Positions 1 through 9,934 of a stretch of DNA of 61,075 nucleotides are shown here, one piece after another. Origin of the DNA: Pseudomonadota bacterium. GTDB lineage: Bacteria; Myxococcota_A; UBA9042. How positions within the stretch are numbered: the stretch's first letter is position 1; the number at the start of each line of letters is the position of its first letter. The translations under genes and the position numbers were made by a program. Location: positions 1 to 61,075 of the forward strand of contig JBEARB010000234.1 of the NCBI GenBank assembly GCA_041163625.1. Direction: 5' to 3'. The notes beneath the pieces were generated by a model that saw nothing but the letters and a program-made list of their open reading frames with translations, had not been told where the DNA came from and did not search any database.

Positions 1-2462
1 GCAACGTGATCAGTGCTTCGTATGCCGTCGTCAACGACAGCAACCAGGGAGCCACCGCCGGCGCGCGCAAGGACCGGCTGGTCCTGAGCAAGAACGCCAC
101 CTACAGCAGCGACGACATCGAGCTCGGCGTCTACGACCGGGGCGCGCTCGCGGCCGGCAAGTCCGAGGCCTACGCGGTGAAGGTCACGCTGCCGAAGAAC
201 CTGACCACCGGCACGTGGTACCTCGTGGTCAAGGTCGACAGCACCGACGCGGTGCCGGAGATCAGCGAGACCGACAACTACCGCTACCGCGCCATCTCGG
301 TCATCGGCCTGCCGGACCTCGTCCCGTCGATGCCGGTGCAGACCGCGATCCTGCCCGGGCTGAACCGCACGGTGCAGCTGCGCGTCGACAACAAGGGCTT
401 CGGCACCGCCGGCAACTCCACGGCGCGGATCTATCTCTCGAAGGACAACAAGCTCGACGCGTCCGACACCATCGTCGCCACGCCCGGCATCGCCAGCATC
501 AGCGCCGGCGGCTTCCGGACCGTCAACGTCACGGTGAAGGCGCCGACCACGCCGGGCGTCTGGTACGTCTTCGCGGTCGCCGACTACAACGCGAAGCTCA
601 ACGAGTACAACGAGAGCAACAACACCGCGGTGCAGCCGCTGAAGGTGCTGGACAAGTCGGATCTGCAGCCGAAGGACGGCAAGCTCTCTTCGGTCAAGGT
701 CGGCGCCGGCGAGACCGTGACGGTCTCGTGGTCGGACACCAACCTCGGCGACGACACCCCGACCACCTTCGTCGACGGCATCTACCTCTCGTTCGACGAC
801 AAGGTCGGCAGCAGCGACACCGCCATCGGCAGCGTCGCTTCGGGCATCCTGGCGTCCAAGGCCACGGCGAATCGGCAGCTCAAGGTCACCATCCCGATGG
901 CGACCGTGCCCGGCGACTACCACGTCCTCGTGGTCGTGGACCGCGACGGCAAGATCGCCGAGAGCAACGAGACCAACAACGTCATCGCGTTGAAGCTCAC
1001 CGTCACCGCCCCGAACCTCCCGGACCTGCAGATCACGGCGGCGGAGGTGCTCGGCACGACCACGAGCATCAACGTCGGCGACGACTTCGACGTGCAGTCC
1101 TACGAGAAGAACGCCGGCATCGTCGACGCGGGCGGCTACCAGGGCTCCTGGTACCTCTCGACCAACGCCACCTTCGACACCAACGACATCAAGCTCAAGA
1201 CGGTGTCGCGGCCCTCGCTCGGCGCGGGCAAGTCGGCGTTCGGCGTGGCGACGCTGCGGCTGCCGAGCAATACGCCCTACTCGACGCGGTACCTCTTCTA
1301 CGTGATCGACAGCGGCAGCGCGGTCAAGGAGTCCAACGAGGCCAACAACGTCTCGCAGCCCGTGAAGATTACGGCGGTGCCGCGCCCCGACCTGCGCATC
1401 GAGAACATGCTCGCCACGCCGGCCTACGGCACCACCGGCACGACGGTGAAGCTGACCTACCGCATCCGCAACATCGGCGGCGCGACGGCCGGCGGCTTCC
1501 AGCTCAAGACCGCGGTCTCGCTCGACGACAACAAGCTCGACCTGCTCCAGGACACGGTCGTGGCGACCTCGAACCAGACGCCGATCGGCGCCGGCGGCGC
1601 GCGCGACATCTCGGTGACCTTCAAGCTCGGAACCATGCCCGCCGGCAAGCAGATCTGGCTCGGCGCCTTCGCCGACAGCGCCAACGCGGTGAAGGAGGCC
1701 AACGAGGCCAACAACATCACGGTGGTGCCGTTCAGCACGACCTCGGGCGAGAACAAGGCCAACCTCTACGCCGAAGCGGGCGTCGTCAGCACCGGTACGG
1801 TCGCGGTCGGTGGTTCGTTCAACGCCAGCGTCACCTACCGCAACATCGGCAAGGTCGCGACCGGCAGCTGGAAGGCGCGGCTGGTCTTCTCTCCGTCGGC
1901 CACCGGCGTCACGGGCGGCGTCGAGGTGGCGAGCTCGACCGAGGCCAGTCTGCAGCCGGGCGCGGCGGTCAAGCGCAACTGGAAGGTCACGGTGCCGCTC
2001 GACCTGCCGACCACGCACCGCTACCTGCACATCCTCGGCGACTCGGCGAACGCCATCGACGAGAGCATCGAGACCGACAACGACCGCATCTTCACGATGA
2101 CCGTCAATCCGCTGCCGAACCTGAAGATCGTCTCGATCACCTCGAGCAACGAGACGCCCAAGGCGAACTCGAACGTCACCATCACGGTCGTCATCGCCAA
2201 CACCGGTGCGGCGAACGCCCAGAACGCCCTGCTCTACCTGCGGCGCTCGACCGACGCGACCATCACCGGCAGCGACCCGGTCTGGTACGGCGTCTACGTC
2301 AGCCTCGCGCCGGGCGCGCAGGTCACCATCACGCGGACGTTCTACGCGAGCTCCTCGTACGGGAAGACCATCTACGTGGGCGCCCGTATCGACGACAACG
2401 CGAAGATCGCGGAGACCGACGAGACCGACAATGTCGGCGTCGTGAAGCTCTCGCCGCAATGA
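1..2462 (+). CDS. CARDB (Ig-like) repeat surface protein, 5' truncated by window edge
   Basis: About 7 tandem ~120-aa units, each starting PDL/ANL/PNL and ending E-x-[ND]-E-x-[ND]-N (PEISETDN, NEYNESNN, AESNETNN, KESNEANN, KEANEANN, DESIETDN, AETDETDN); strong GC3 bias; frame open from the window start. Confidence 0.85.
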   Translation, partial: NVISASYAVVNDSNQGATAGARKDRLVLSKNATYSSDDIELGVYDRGALAAGKSEAYAVKVTLPKNLTTGTWYLVVKVDSTDAVPEISETDNYRYRAISVIGLPDLVPSMPVQTAILPGLNRTVQLRVDNKGFGTAGNSTARIYLSKDNKLDASDTIVATPGIASISAGGFRTVNVTVKAPTTPGVWYVFAVADYNAKLNEYNESNNTAVQPLKVLDKSDLQPKDGKLSSVKVGAGETVTVSWSDTNLGDDTPTTFVDGIYLSFDDKVGSSDTAIGSVASGILASKATANRQLKVTIPMATVPGDYHVLVVVDRDGKIAESNETNNVIALKLTVTAPNLPDLQITAAEVLGTTTSINVGDDFDVQSYEKNAGIVDAGGYQGSWYLSTNATFDTNDIKLKTVSRPSLGAGKSAFGVATLRLPSNTPYSTRYLFYVIDSGSAVKESNEANNVSQPVKITAVPRPDLRIENMLATPAYGTTGTTVKLTYRIRNIGGATAGGFQLKTAVSLDDNKLDLLQDTVVATSNQTPIGAGGARDISVTFKLGTMPAGKQIWLGAFADSANAVKEANEANNITVVPFSTTSGENKANLYAEAGVVSTGTVAVGGSFNASVTYRNIGKVATGSWKARLVFSPSATGVTGGVEVASSTEASLQPGAAVKRNWKVTVPLDLPTTHRYLHILGDSANAIDESIETDNDRIFTMTVNPLPNLKIVSITSSNETPKANSNVTITVVIANTGAANAQNALLYLRRSTDATITGSDPVWYGVYVSLAPGAQVTITRTFYASSSYGKTIYVGARIDDNAKIAETDETDNVGVVKLSPQ

Positions 2463-3157
2463 CGCTCGGGCTGGTCCTGAGCTGCGAACATGCAGGTCAG
2501 GGCGTGCCCGCCACGCTCGAAGCGGCTTTCTCTTCCGAGTTCATGCAGGCGTTGCTGGCGTCCCACCGCGGCTGGGATGCCGGTGCGGCCGCCGTCGGCG
2601 AGGCGCTCGGCGCGTCGTTCGGCGTCCCGCTGCTGCGTTTCGACGTGAGCCGATTGGTCGTCGATGCCAACCGCAGCGTCGGCCATCGCAGCCTGCACCA
2701 CGCCGCGGTGCCACCGCCGCTTCGCGACACGTTGGTCCGCACGCTGCACGCTCCGCATCGCGCCGCGGTCGAACGCACCTGCGCCGATGTCATCGCCGAC
2801 CGCGGGGCCGTCGTGCACGTGGCCGTGCATTCGTTCACGCCCACGCTCGCCGGCCGCGCGCGACCGATGGAGATCGGGCTGCTCTACGATCCGGGACGAC
2901 CGAGCGAGGCCGCGTTGTGCCGTCGCTGGCAGCGTGCGCTCCGGCGCGCAGGCGTGGTGACGACGCGCAACCTGCCCTACCGCGGCTGGACGGACGGCCT
3001 CTGCACCCACCTTCGCCGCCGCTGGCCGGACGCCGCCTACCGCGGCGTCGAGCTCGAGTGTCGAGCCGATGTCGTGCAGTCGCGCGGCGCGGCAGCCCTG
3101 GCCACGTTGCTCGCGCAAACCCTGCGCGAAGCGATCGACGGCGAGGCGAACCCATGA
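2459..3157 (+). CDS. N-formylglutamate amidohydrolase family protein
   Basis: LSCEHAG, HRGWDAGA, SRLVVDANRS, VHSFTP, NLPYRG motifs; ATG overlaps the upstream TGA (ATGA); the long N-terminal part of ORF 215..3157 is a shadow frame. Confidence 0.88.
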   Translation: MTLGLVLSCEHAGQGVPATLEAAFSSEFMQALLASHRGWDAGAAAVGEALGASFGVPLLRFDVSRLVVDANRSVGHRSLHHAAVPPPLRDTLVRTLHAPHRAAVERTCADVIADRGAVVHVAVHSFTPTLAGRARPMEIGLLYDPGRPSEAALCRRWQRALRRAGVVTTRNLPYRGWTDGLCTHLRRRWPDAAYRGVELECRADVVQSRGAAALATLLAQTLREAIDGEANP

Positions 3158-3870
3158 GCCGGCGACCTCGCGTATTGCCGCAACCCAACGACACCACCTG
3201 CGGGCCGACCTGCCTGCAGGCGGTCTACGCCCATTGGGCGACGCGGCGGGGCGAGCCGGTGCCGACCCTGGCGTCGGTCATCGAGAGCGTGCAGGCGCTG
3301 CCCGACGGCGGCACGCTCGCGGTCCACCTCGGCAACGACGCGCTGCGGCGCGGCTTCGACGCCACGATCTACACGTGCAACCTGCAACTCTTCGACCCGA
3401 CGTGGTTCGGCGGCGGCGTCGATTTGGCGGAGCGGCTGCGGGCGCAGCGCGCCGTCAAGCGCGACGACAAGCTACGGCACGCCACCGACGCGTACCTCGG
3501 TTTCCTGGCCGCTGGTGGGCAGATCTGTTGCGAGGACCTGGATCGCGGGCTCCTCGCGCGCTTGCTGCGCCAAGCGCCCGTGCTGACGGGCCTCTCGGCG
3601 ACCTGGCTCTACGGCTGTGCACGCGAACGCGGCGACCACGTCGTCGTCCACGACGACGTCGGCGGCACCGCGGCGGGCCATTTCGTGGTGCTCACCGAGC
3701 TCGACGAGGGCAGCGACGTGGTGCACATCGGCGATCCCCTGCACGACAACCCGGGCTGGGGCAGCGGCGCCTACGCCGCTCCGCTCCAGCGCCTGATGAA
3801 CGCAATCCTGCTCGGCGTCGTCACCTACGACGCCAACCTGTTGGTCATCACCCCTCGAGACCCCACATGA
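3154..3870 (+). CDS. Peptidase C39-like (papain-fold) protein
   Basis: QPNDTTCGPTCL (Gln + catalytic Cys), GHFVVL (His), IGDP (Asp); ATGA overlap with the upstream gene. Confidence 0.85.
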   Translation: MSRRPRVLPQPNDTTCGPTCLQAVYAHWATRRGEPVPTLASVIESVQALPDGGTLAVHLGNDALRRGFDATIYTCNLQLFDPTWFGGGVDLAERLRAQRAVKRDDKLRHATDAYLGFLAAGGQICCEDLDRGLLARLLRQAPVLTGLSATWLYGCARERGDHVVVHDDVGGTAAGHFVVLTELDEGSDVVHIGDPLHDNPGWGSGAYAAPLQRLMNAILLGVVTYDANLLVITPRDPT

Positions 3871-5351
3871 ACACTCTGCTCGTCGTCGAGAACCCGTCGC
3901 GATGGCCGATCGCGATCCCCGGCGTCGCGGTGATCGCAGCGCGCAACTACCTCGCCAGTGCCGAGGGAGTCGCGCCCGCCGGCACCCGCGTCTTCAACCT
4001 GTGCCGCAGCTATCGCTACCAGACGCTCGGCTACTACGTCTCGCTGCTCGCGACCGCTCGCGGCCACCGCGTGCTGCCGTCGGTCTCGACGCTGCAGGAT
4101 CTGCGCTCGACCGCGATGGTGCGCGTCGTCTCCGAACAGCTCGACGCCCTGATCCAGCGCAGCCTCGAGCCGCTCCGCGCCGAGACCTTCGAGCTCTCGG
4201 TCTACTTCGGGCGCAATCTCGCCAAGCGCCACGACCGGCTCGCGCGGGCGCTGTTCAACGCGATGCCGGCGCCCTTGCTGCGGGCCTCGTTCCGCCGCGA
4301 GGCGACCGAGCCCGCGCGCTGGCGGCTGGAGTCGATCCGTCCGATTCCGGTTGCGGAAGTGCCCGACAGCCATCGCGACTTCGTCGTCGAACAGGCGCGC
4401 GCGTTCCTCGGCCGCGGCGAGCGCCGTCGCGCCGAGAAAGCCTATCGCTACGACCTGGCGATCCTCGTCGACCCGAGCGAGGTCGAACCGCCGAGCAACG
4501 AGCGCGCGCTGCGGGCGTTCGAGCGCGCGGCGGCGGCGGTCGAGCTGCGCACCGACCGAATCGGATTCGACGATATCGGCCGCATCGCCGAGTACGACGC
4601 GCTCTTCGTTCGCGCCACCACCGCCGTCTCGCATCCGACCTGGCGCATCGCCAGGCGGGCCGCTGCCGAAGGGCTCGTCGTGATCGACGACCCGGAGTCG
4701 ATCGTGCGGGCGAGTTCCAAGATCTTCCTCGCCGAAGCCTTCGCCCGTGCCGGCGTGCCGGCCCCGCGCAGTATCGTCCTCTCCAAGCGCGACGACCTCG
4801 AGCGCGCGGCCGAAACCGTCGGGTTGCCCTGTGTGGTGAAGGAGCCGGACAGCTCGTTCTCTCGCGGCGTGCACAAGGCGCGCGACCGTGCTGAGCTCGA
4901 GAAGCTCGTGCGGACCTCGCTGGAGCGCTCCGAGCTCGTCTTGCTGCAGACCTACACCCCGTCGGCCTTCGACTGGCGGGTCGGGGTGCTCGAGGGCCGG
5001 CCGCTCTATGCCGCGCGGTACCACATGTCGCCGGGCCACTGGCAGGTCGTCCGCACGCTCCAGAGTGGCACGCGTCGCTCGGGGCGGGTCGATTGCATCG
5101 ACCTGAACGACGTACCGGCAGCGGTGCAGGACGCCGCCGTGCGCGCCGCTGCCGTCATCGGCGACGGATTGTACGGCGTCGACCTAAAGGAATTGGCCGA
5201 CGGCTCGGTCGTCGTCATCGAAGTCAACGACAACCCGAGCATCGACGCCGGCTACGAGGACCGCCTGCTGAAGGGCGATCTCTACCTGCGGATCATGCAG
5301 AGCTTCCGCCGCCGCCTGGACCGCCTGCGCCGGCCTCACGAGGGACCATGA
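3867..5351 (+). CDS. RimK-family ATP-grasp ligase with N-terminal RLAN domain
   Basis: NLCRSYRYQTLGYYVSLLATARGH (RLAN), VVKEPDSSFSRGV, DWRVGVL, YGVDLK, EVNDNP; ATGA overlap. Confidence 0.9.
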   Translation: MNTLLVVENPSRWPIAIPGVAVIAARNYLASAEGVAPAGTRVFNLCRSYRYQTLGYYVSLLATARGHRVLPSVSTLQDLRSTAMVRVVSEQLDALIQRSLEPLRAETFELSVYFGRNLAKRHDRLARALFNAMPAPLLRASFRREATEPARWRLESIRPIPVAEVPDSHRDFVVEQARAFLGRGERRRAEKAYRYDLAILVDPSEVEPPSNERALRAFERAAAAVELRTDRIGFDDIGRIAEYDALFVRATTAVSHPTWRIARRAAAEGLVVIDDPESIVRASSKIFLAEAFARAGVPAPRSIVLSKRDDLERAAETVGLPCVVKEPDSSFSRGVHKARDRAELEKLVRTSLERSELVLLQTYTPSAFDWRVGVLEGRPLYAARYHMSPGHWQVVRTLQSGTRRSGRVDCIDLNDVPAAVQDAAVRAAAVIGDGLYGVDLKELADGSVVVIEVNDNPSIDAGYEDRLLKGDLYLRIMQSFRRRLDRLRRPHEGP

Positions 5352-6592
5352 GTACGCTGCACCTCTTCGACGCGACCGGCGTCGAACTGGAATACATGAT
5401 CGTCGACCGGGAGACGCTCGACGTGCGGCCGATCTGCGACGTCGTCCTCGGCGCGGTCGGCGACGGCTGGGAGCGCGAGGTCGAGCGCGGCGTCACTGCC
5501 TGGAGCAACGAGCTGGCCTTGCACGTCATCGAGACCAAGTGCAACGGACCGGTGCGCGAGCTTCGCGGCCTGGCTGCCGCCTTCGGTGCCGACATCGCCG
5601 CCATCGACGCGATCCTCGCGCCGCACGGCGCGTGCCTGCTGCCGACCGCGATGCATCCCTGGATGGATCCGCGCCGTGAGACGACGCTCTGGCCGCACGA
5701 AGACGACCTGATCTACCGGACCTTCGATCGAATCTTCGACTGCAGCGGGCACGGCTGGTCCAACCTGCAATCGGTGCACATCAACCTGCCCTTCTGCGGC
5801 GACGAGGAGTTCTCGCGCCTGCACGACGCCATCCGCGTGCTGCTGCCGCTGCTGCCGGCCCTCTCGGCGAGCAGCCCCATCGTGGAGGGCCGTGCGACCG
5901 GTCGGCTCGACAACCGCCTGGGCTTCTACCGCGACAACGCCGCGCGCGTTCCCTCGGTGAGCGGCTTGGTGGTTCCGGAGCGCTTCGCTTCGCGGGCGGA
6001 GTACGAGGCGATGCTGCGCGGCATCCACAGCGATCTCGCCGCGCACGACCCCGAAGGGGTGCTGGCCCACGAGTGGGTCAACGCGCGCGGTGCCATCGCC
6101 CGCTTCGATCGGATGGCGATCGAGATCCGCGTGCTCGATATCGCCGAATGTCCGCGTGTCGACCTCGCCGTGGTCGCGGCGATTCGCGCGGCGCTCCAGG
6201 CGCTCGTAGAGGGACGCATCGGCGACCTCGCCGCCGCCGACCGTTGCACGACCGAATCGCTGGCGGCCCAGCTGCGCGCCACCGAGCGCGACGGAGAGCG
6301 CGCGATCGTCGAGGATCCTGGCCTTTGCGCGGTGCTCGGCGTCCGGCCGGGCCAATCCACTGGGGCGATTTGGCAACACCTGGTCGCCGCCACCGCCGAT
6401 GCGCATCGCGGTGCAGAGTGGGAGAGCGCGCTGCAGGTGCTGCTGAATCGCGGACCGCTCGCCCGCCGGATCCTCGCCGCGTTGCCCACGCCAGACGCCG
6501 AAGGCGCCGTACCCCGAGCGGCCCTGCGCCCGGTCTACCACGAGCTCGCCGCGTGCTTGCGCGAAGATCTTGTTTTTCTGCCGGAAAGCTGA
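5348..6592 (+). CDS. Glutamate-cysteine ligase family 2 / carboxylate-amine ligase
   Basis: GVELEYMIV, NELALHVIE, AMHPWM, HGWSNLQSVHINLPF, NARGAIARFDRMAIEIR; ATGA overlap. Confidence 0.88.
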   Translation: MSTLHLFDATGVELEYMIVDRETLDVRPICDVVLGAVGDGWEREVERGVTAWSNELALHVIETKCNGPVRELRGLAAAFGADIAAIDAILAPHGACLLPTAMHPWMDPRRETTLWPHEDDLIYRTFDRIFDCSGHGWSNLQSVHINLPFCGDEEFSRLHDAIRVLLPLLPALSASSPIVEGRATGRLDNRLGFYRDNAARVPSVSGLVVPERFASRAEYEAMLRGIHSDLAAHDPEGVLAHEWVNARGAIARFDRMAIEIRVLDIAECPRVDLAVVAAIRAALQALVEGRIGDLAAADRCTTESLAAQLRATERDGERAIVEDPGLCAVLGVRPGQSTGAIWQHLVAATADAHRGAEWESALQVLLNRGPLARRILAALPTPDAEGAVPRAALRPVYHELAACLREDLVFLPES

Positions 6593-6716
6593 AGCGGGGC
6601 GGGAGTGCCCCGGCCTCTGCAGGGTTCGCGGATCTCGGTTGATTGGTGAAGATGCAATCGGCAGGTTCCGCCGCCCGCCGGGTCAGGCAGGTTTTTTGCG
6701 TGCATCGGAGGTCCGC

Positions 6717-7797
6717 GTGTTCCGTCGGCGCCAACTGCTCCTCATCCTGACCGTTTCCGTCCTCGCGGCCTGCTCCGGGGAGGCCGGCAACACCGGCGGT
6801 TTCGGCACCGGTTTCGACATCAGCGTCCAACCCGACACGCAAGTGAGCAACGTCCAGGGCGGCGACAGCGGCGGCGGAACCGACGCCACGACCAGCGACG
6901 CGACCGCACAGGACACCGGCGACGACGATATCGCAACGTCACCAAGCTGGTCGCGCAGGTCAACCGCAGCACGTCGTCGTCGAGCTACTGCGGCACGATG
7001 AACATCTCGGCCCTGATCTACGACGAGAAGGGCGCCAAGCGCGAGATCTCGGTCGTCCGCTCCTCGGGCGAGAGCGACGTCCGTTGGAACTGGTACGGCG
7101 TGTTCCCGTCGGTCCTGCCGCTCGTGACCAGCGAGCCCGAGACCACGGCCAACGTGCAGGGCTTCGTTGGCGAGAAGTTCGATGCCTCGTGGACCCGCGC
7201 CCCGCACTACGGCGGCGAGACGGCCCCCTCGAACCTCAGCTGGAGCGGCACGGTCTACCTCACCGGCGACCTGACCATCGCCGCGGGCAAGACCCTCGAC
7301 GTCGCCCCTGGCACCACGGTCCAGGTGGTCAACCACGACCAGGATGGGGCACGACCACCGCCAAGGGTTCGGCCGCCAGCCCGATCCTGTTCACCTCGCC
7401 CGGCGACTCCGGCAAGGTCAACCAATGGCAGCAGCTGCACGTCGCCGGCGGCACCGCCAAGTCCGATCTCGCCTACGTCACCGTCGAGTACACCAACCGC
7501 GGTGTGCAGCTCGGCAGCGGCGCGCACGTGCTCGACCACGTCACCGTGCGTCGCTCGGCGCAGGAAGGCCTGCGTGCAAACAACTCCACCAACGTGAAGC
7601 TGAGCGCGCTCACGCTGAAGGAGAACACCGGCCGCGGCCTTTGGATCACCAGCGGCAAGCTCGACATGAAGGGCAACTACTGGGGTGACGGCAGCTTCCC
7701 GAACCCGGTGCCGCTGCTCTCGCTGTCGCGCACCGACGCCGTCGACGTGCAGGGTCCGCAGCCCTTCCAAATCAACGGCACGGGCCCGCAGAAGTAG
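6717..7797 (+). pseudogene. Disrupted lipoprotein with parallel beta-helix-like region (three frames)
   Basis: GGAG RBS + GTG, lipobox VLAAC; coding-like sequence changes frame at ~6933 and ~7347; pieces include WSGTVYLTGDLTIAAGKTLDVAPGTTV, AKGSAASPILFTS and GNYWG. Confidence 0.65.
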
Positions 7798-7825
7798 CCA
7801 CGCTCCCTTCGGGGACGCGCACGAT

Positions 7826-7863
7826 CGCAGCGGCGGTCGCCCTCACGGTCGGCCGCCGTTGCG
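7826..7863 (+). terminator. Probable intrinsic terminator hairpin between convergent units
   Basis: CGCAGCGGCGGTCG / CGGCCGCCGTTGCG stem with G-U pairs, followed by CTTT. Confidence 0.4.
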
Positions 7864-7887
7864 CTTTGCGGCCGAGTGGGTGGGATT

Positions 7888-9070
7888 TCAGCGGCCGGGG
7901 CGCGATGGCCGCGGCGGCGCTCCGCGGTTGCCCGGACTCGAGCTCGAGCGGGCGGGGCGTCCGCCCGCACCGCTCGGCCGGCTCGGCCCTCGAACGCGTG
8001 CTGCACGCGCCGGCGCTGGCGGTGCCGCCTTGGTGCGGGCCGGCGCGGCGGCGGCGGCAGGAGCGGCGGCGGCGGCAGGAGCGGCGGCGGCAGCAGGATC
8101 GGCGGCGGGCGCAGCAGCAGCGGGCGCAGCAGCGGCGGGCGGCGGCGCGGCGGGCGCAGCGGCAGCCGCCGGCTCGACCCGCGGCGCAGCCGTGAGCGTC
8201 ACCCGCTCGAAGAACGCGCGCGTCGTCATGCGGCCGGCGCTCACGGCCAGGACGTCGGCGCGATTCGCCGCGATGGTGGACCCGCTCACCGCCGAGTCGG
8301 ATGTCGAGGACGATCCTGGGGCTGCCCGCGTGCGCGAGGATCCCCAGCGTCTGTGCCCACGCGTAGAGCATCGCGTTGTCGTGCGCGACGTTGTCGCTCG
8401 CCTCCAGGGTCGCACGCACGGCCTGCGCGTCCTGCTGCAGCGCGATGACACCGACGCCTTCGGCCTTCAGCATCGCGCGCATCTTCTCGCGGACCGGCAG
8501 GGTCGGCTCGGCATCATCGAGCGCGGCGACGCGCGCTGCCGGCGCGGCGGCGGTTGCCGCCGGTCCTTCGGTCCGTGCCGGGCTCGCGCCGCCCTCGCCG
8601 GGTGCCGTCTCGGACTTGCCGCAGCCGGCGAGCGCCAGGAGCCCGGCGGCCGCTTGTTGCTGTTCCGCGCATTCTCGACCGGCTTGGCGGAGTGTCCGTC
8701 GTGGAGCGTCATCGTGGCGGCGAGCTTGTTGCGCAGCTTCCCCTTGCCGACCAAGCGGCCGGTTTCGGCATCGAAGGTGCCGGAGCACGACTCGCCGGCC
8801 GTCGAGAAGCCGCCGCCCATGACGACGCGCGCCTTGCCGCGCTTCATCTCGCCGCCGACCGATCCGCTGCCTTGCATGATGCAGGTGAACGAACCTCCCT
8901 CGGCGAAGAGGCGGATCTTCATCGGGCCACCGCCGTGGATGTTCACCCCCCTGCTTGCTGAGGTGGACCCGCCAGCGTCCCTTGTAGATGGTCGGGCCGT
9001 CGGCGTACGCCGTCAGCGCGAGCAACAAGACCACCGCGGCGGCGCCCGCACGCCGGAACCCGTTGCCCAT
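7888..9070 (-). pseudogene. Frameshifted, fused remnants of a secreted protein and a lipoprotein with an Ala/Pro-rich tail
   Basis: GGAGG + ATG 9070, signal peptide MGNGFRRAGAAAVVLLLALTAYA; frame change at G6 run 8946-8951; a lipobox (LLALAGC) at ~8625-8645 lacking its own start; another frame change ~8283; AAAAAP tail. Confidence 0.55.
8046..8170. repeat. Low-complexity GCG/GCA tandem tract (18-bp unit about x3, encodes AAAAAP on the minus strand)
   Basis: GCGGCGGCGGCGGCAGGA repeated, then degenerate copies. Confidence 0.7.
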
Positions 9071-9152
9071 CTCGACCTCCGCAGGCGAGGATTGCGGCAC
9101 CGTGCCGTTCGGCTGCCGACAACGGCGGATGCAACGGTCCTGTGCAGTGAGC

Positions 9153-9324
9153 CTAGAGACGCGACCAGAAAATGCAGCTTCGCATTTTCTGGCCGAGTCT
9201 CTGGTCTGTCGTTTGGGGGGCTAGGCGCCCCTGGTCGCGAGAAGCGCGGTTCTCGCGAACCATCCCCCTCCACGAGCCGCGACCAAAATATCGCCCCTGG
9301 CGATTTTTTTGATCGCGTATCTAC
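9153..9324. mobile_element. 172-bp palindromic MITE-like element, copy 1
   Basis: Colinear and the same length as 44552-44723; starts CTAGAGACGCG, ends CGCGTATCTAC; several internal hairpins. Confidence 0.8.
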
Positions 9325-9379
9325 CCGCTCGCGCGGCGGTGGCAACGAGAGATCGGCTCGCAGCGAAAAAATGGGCGTT

Positions 9380-9919
9380 TCAGCGCGATGGAGGTCGATA
9401 CTCGGCCACGCTCTGCACGGGATGCAGCGTCTCGTAGATTCGCGCGCACGCGACGCGGACGCGACCGTCCTCGAGCTTGTCCGCAGCGACGCCGGCGAGC
9501 CAATGCGCCAGCCGCTCCGACGTCGGCGAGAACGGGAAGACCGCGACCTTCATGCCGCCCGGGTAGCGATTCTCGGCGCCGCCGAGCCGTGTGACGTCCG
9601 ACGCGCTGGTCTCCCGCTGCCCGTGGCGCGGCTCGCGGCTCGCCAGCAAGCCGTCGCCGAGTTGCGCCAGCGCGTTCTCGCCCTCGCGGTAGGTCGCCTC
9701 GCCCATCGCCAGGCTGTGGTCGAGCAACGCGTGGCAAGGCCGCAGCACTTCACGCTTGAGCAGGCCGAAGTCGACGACGAAGCCGTCCTCGTCGAGGCTC
9801 TCGGCCTCGAGCTCGACCTCGAACTTCCACGTATGACCGTGGACGTGGATGCACATCCCGGCGTGACCACGGATGTGGTGCGCAAAATCGATGTCGATGC
9901 TCTTGCGGATGCGGTACAT
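9380..9919 (-). CDS. queD: 6-carboxytetrahydropterin synthase / 6-pyruvoyl-tetrahydropterin synthase family
   Basis: AHH...C..HGHTW Zn/catalytic motif, GFVVDFG, LDH, PTSERLA, IYET. Confidence 0.75.
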   Translation of the reverse strand: MYRIRKSIDIDFAHHIRGHAGMCIHVHGHTWKFEVELEAESLDEDGFVVDFGLLKREVLRPCHALLDHSLAMGEATYREGENALAQLGDGLLASREPRHGQRETSASDVTRLGGAENRYPGGMKVAVFPFSPTSERLAHWLAGVAADKLEDGRVRVACARIYETLHPVQSVAEYRPPSR

Positions 9920-9934
9920 GGCCTCGGCCGTCGG

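Noticed and set aside
3867-5351. Graspetide RiPP cluster
   Set aside because: The ATP-grasp is RLAN/RimK type and no precursor peptide or transporter is adjacent
6595-6612. Terminator after the GCS2 ligase
   Set aside because: Only a 6-bp GC stem without a U-tract, which is expected by chance at this GC content
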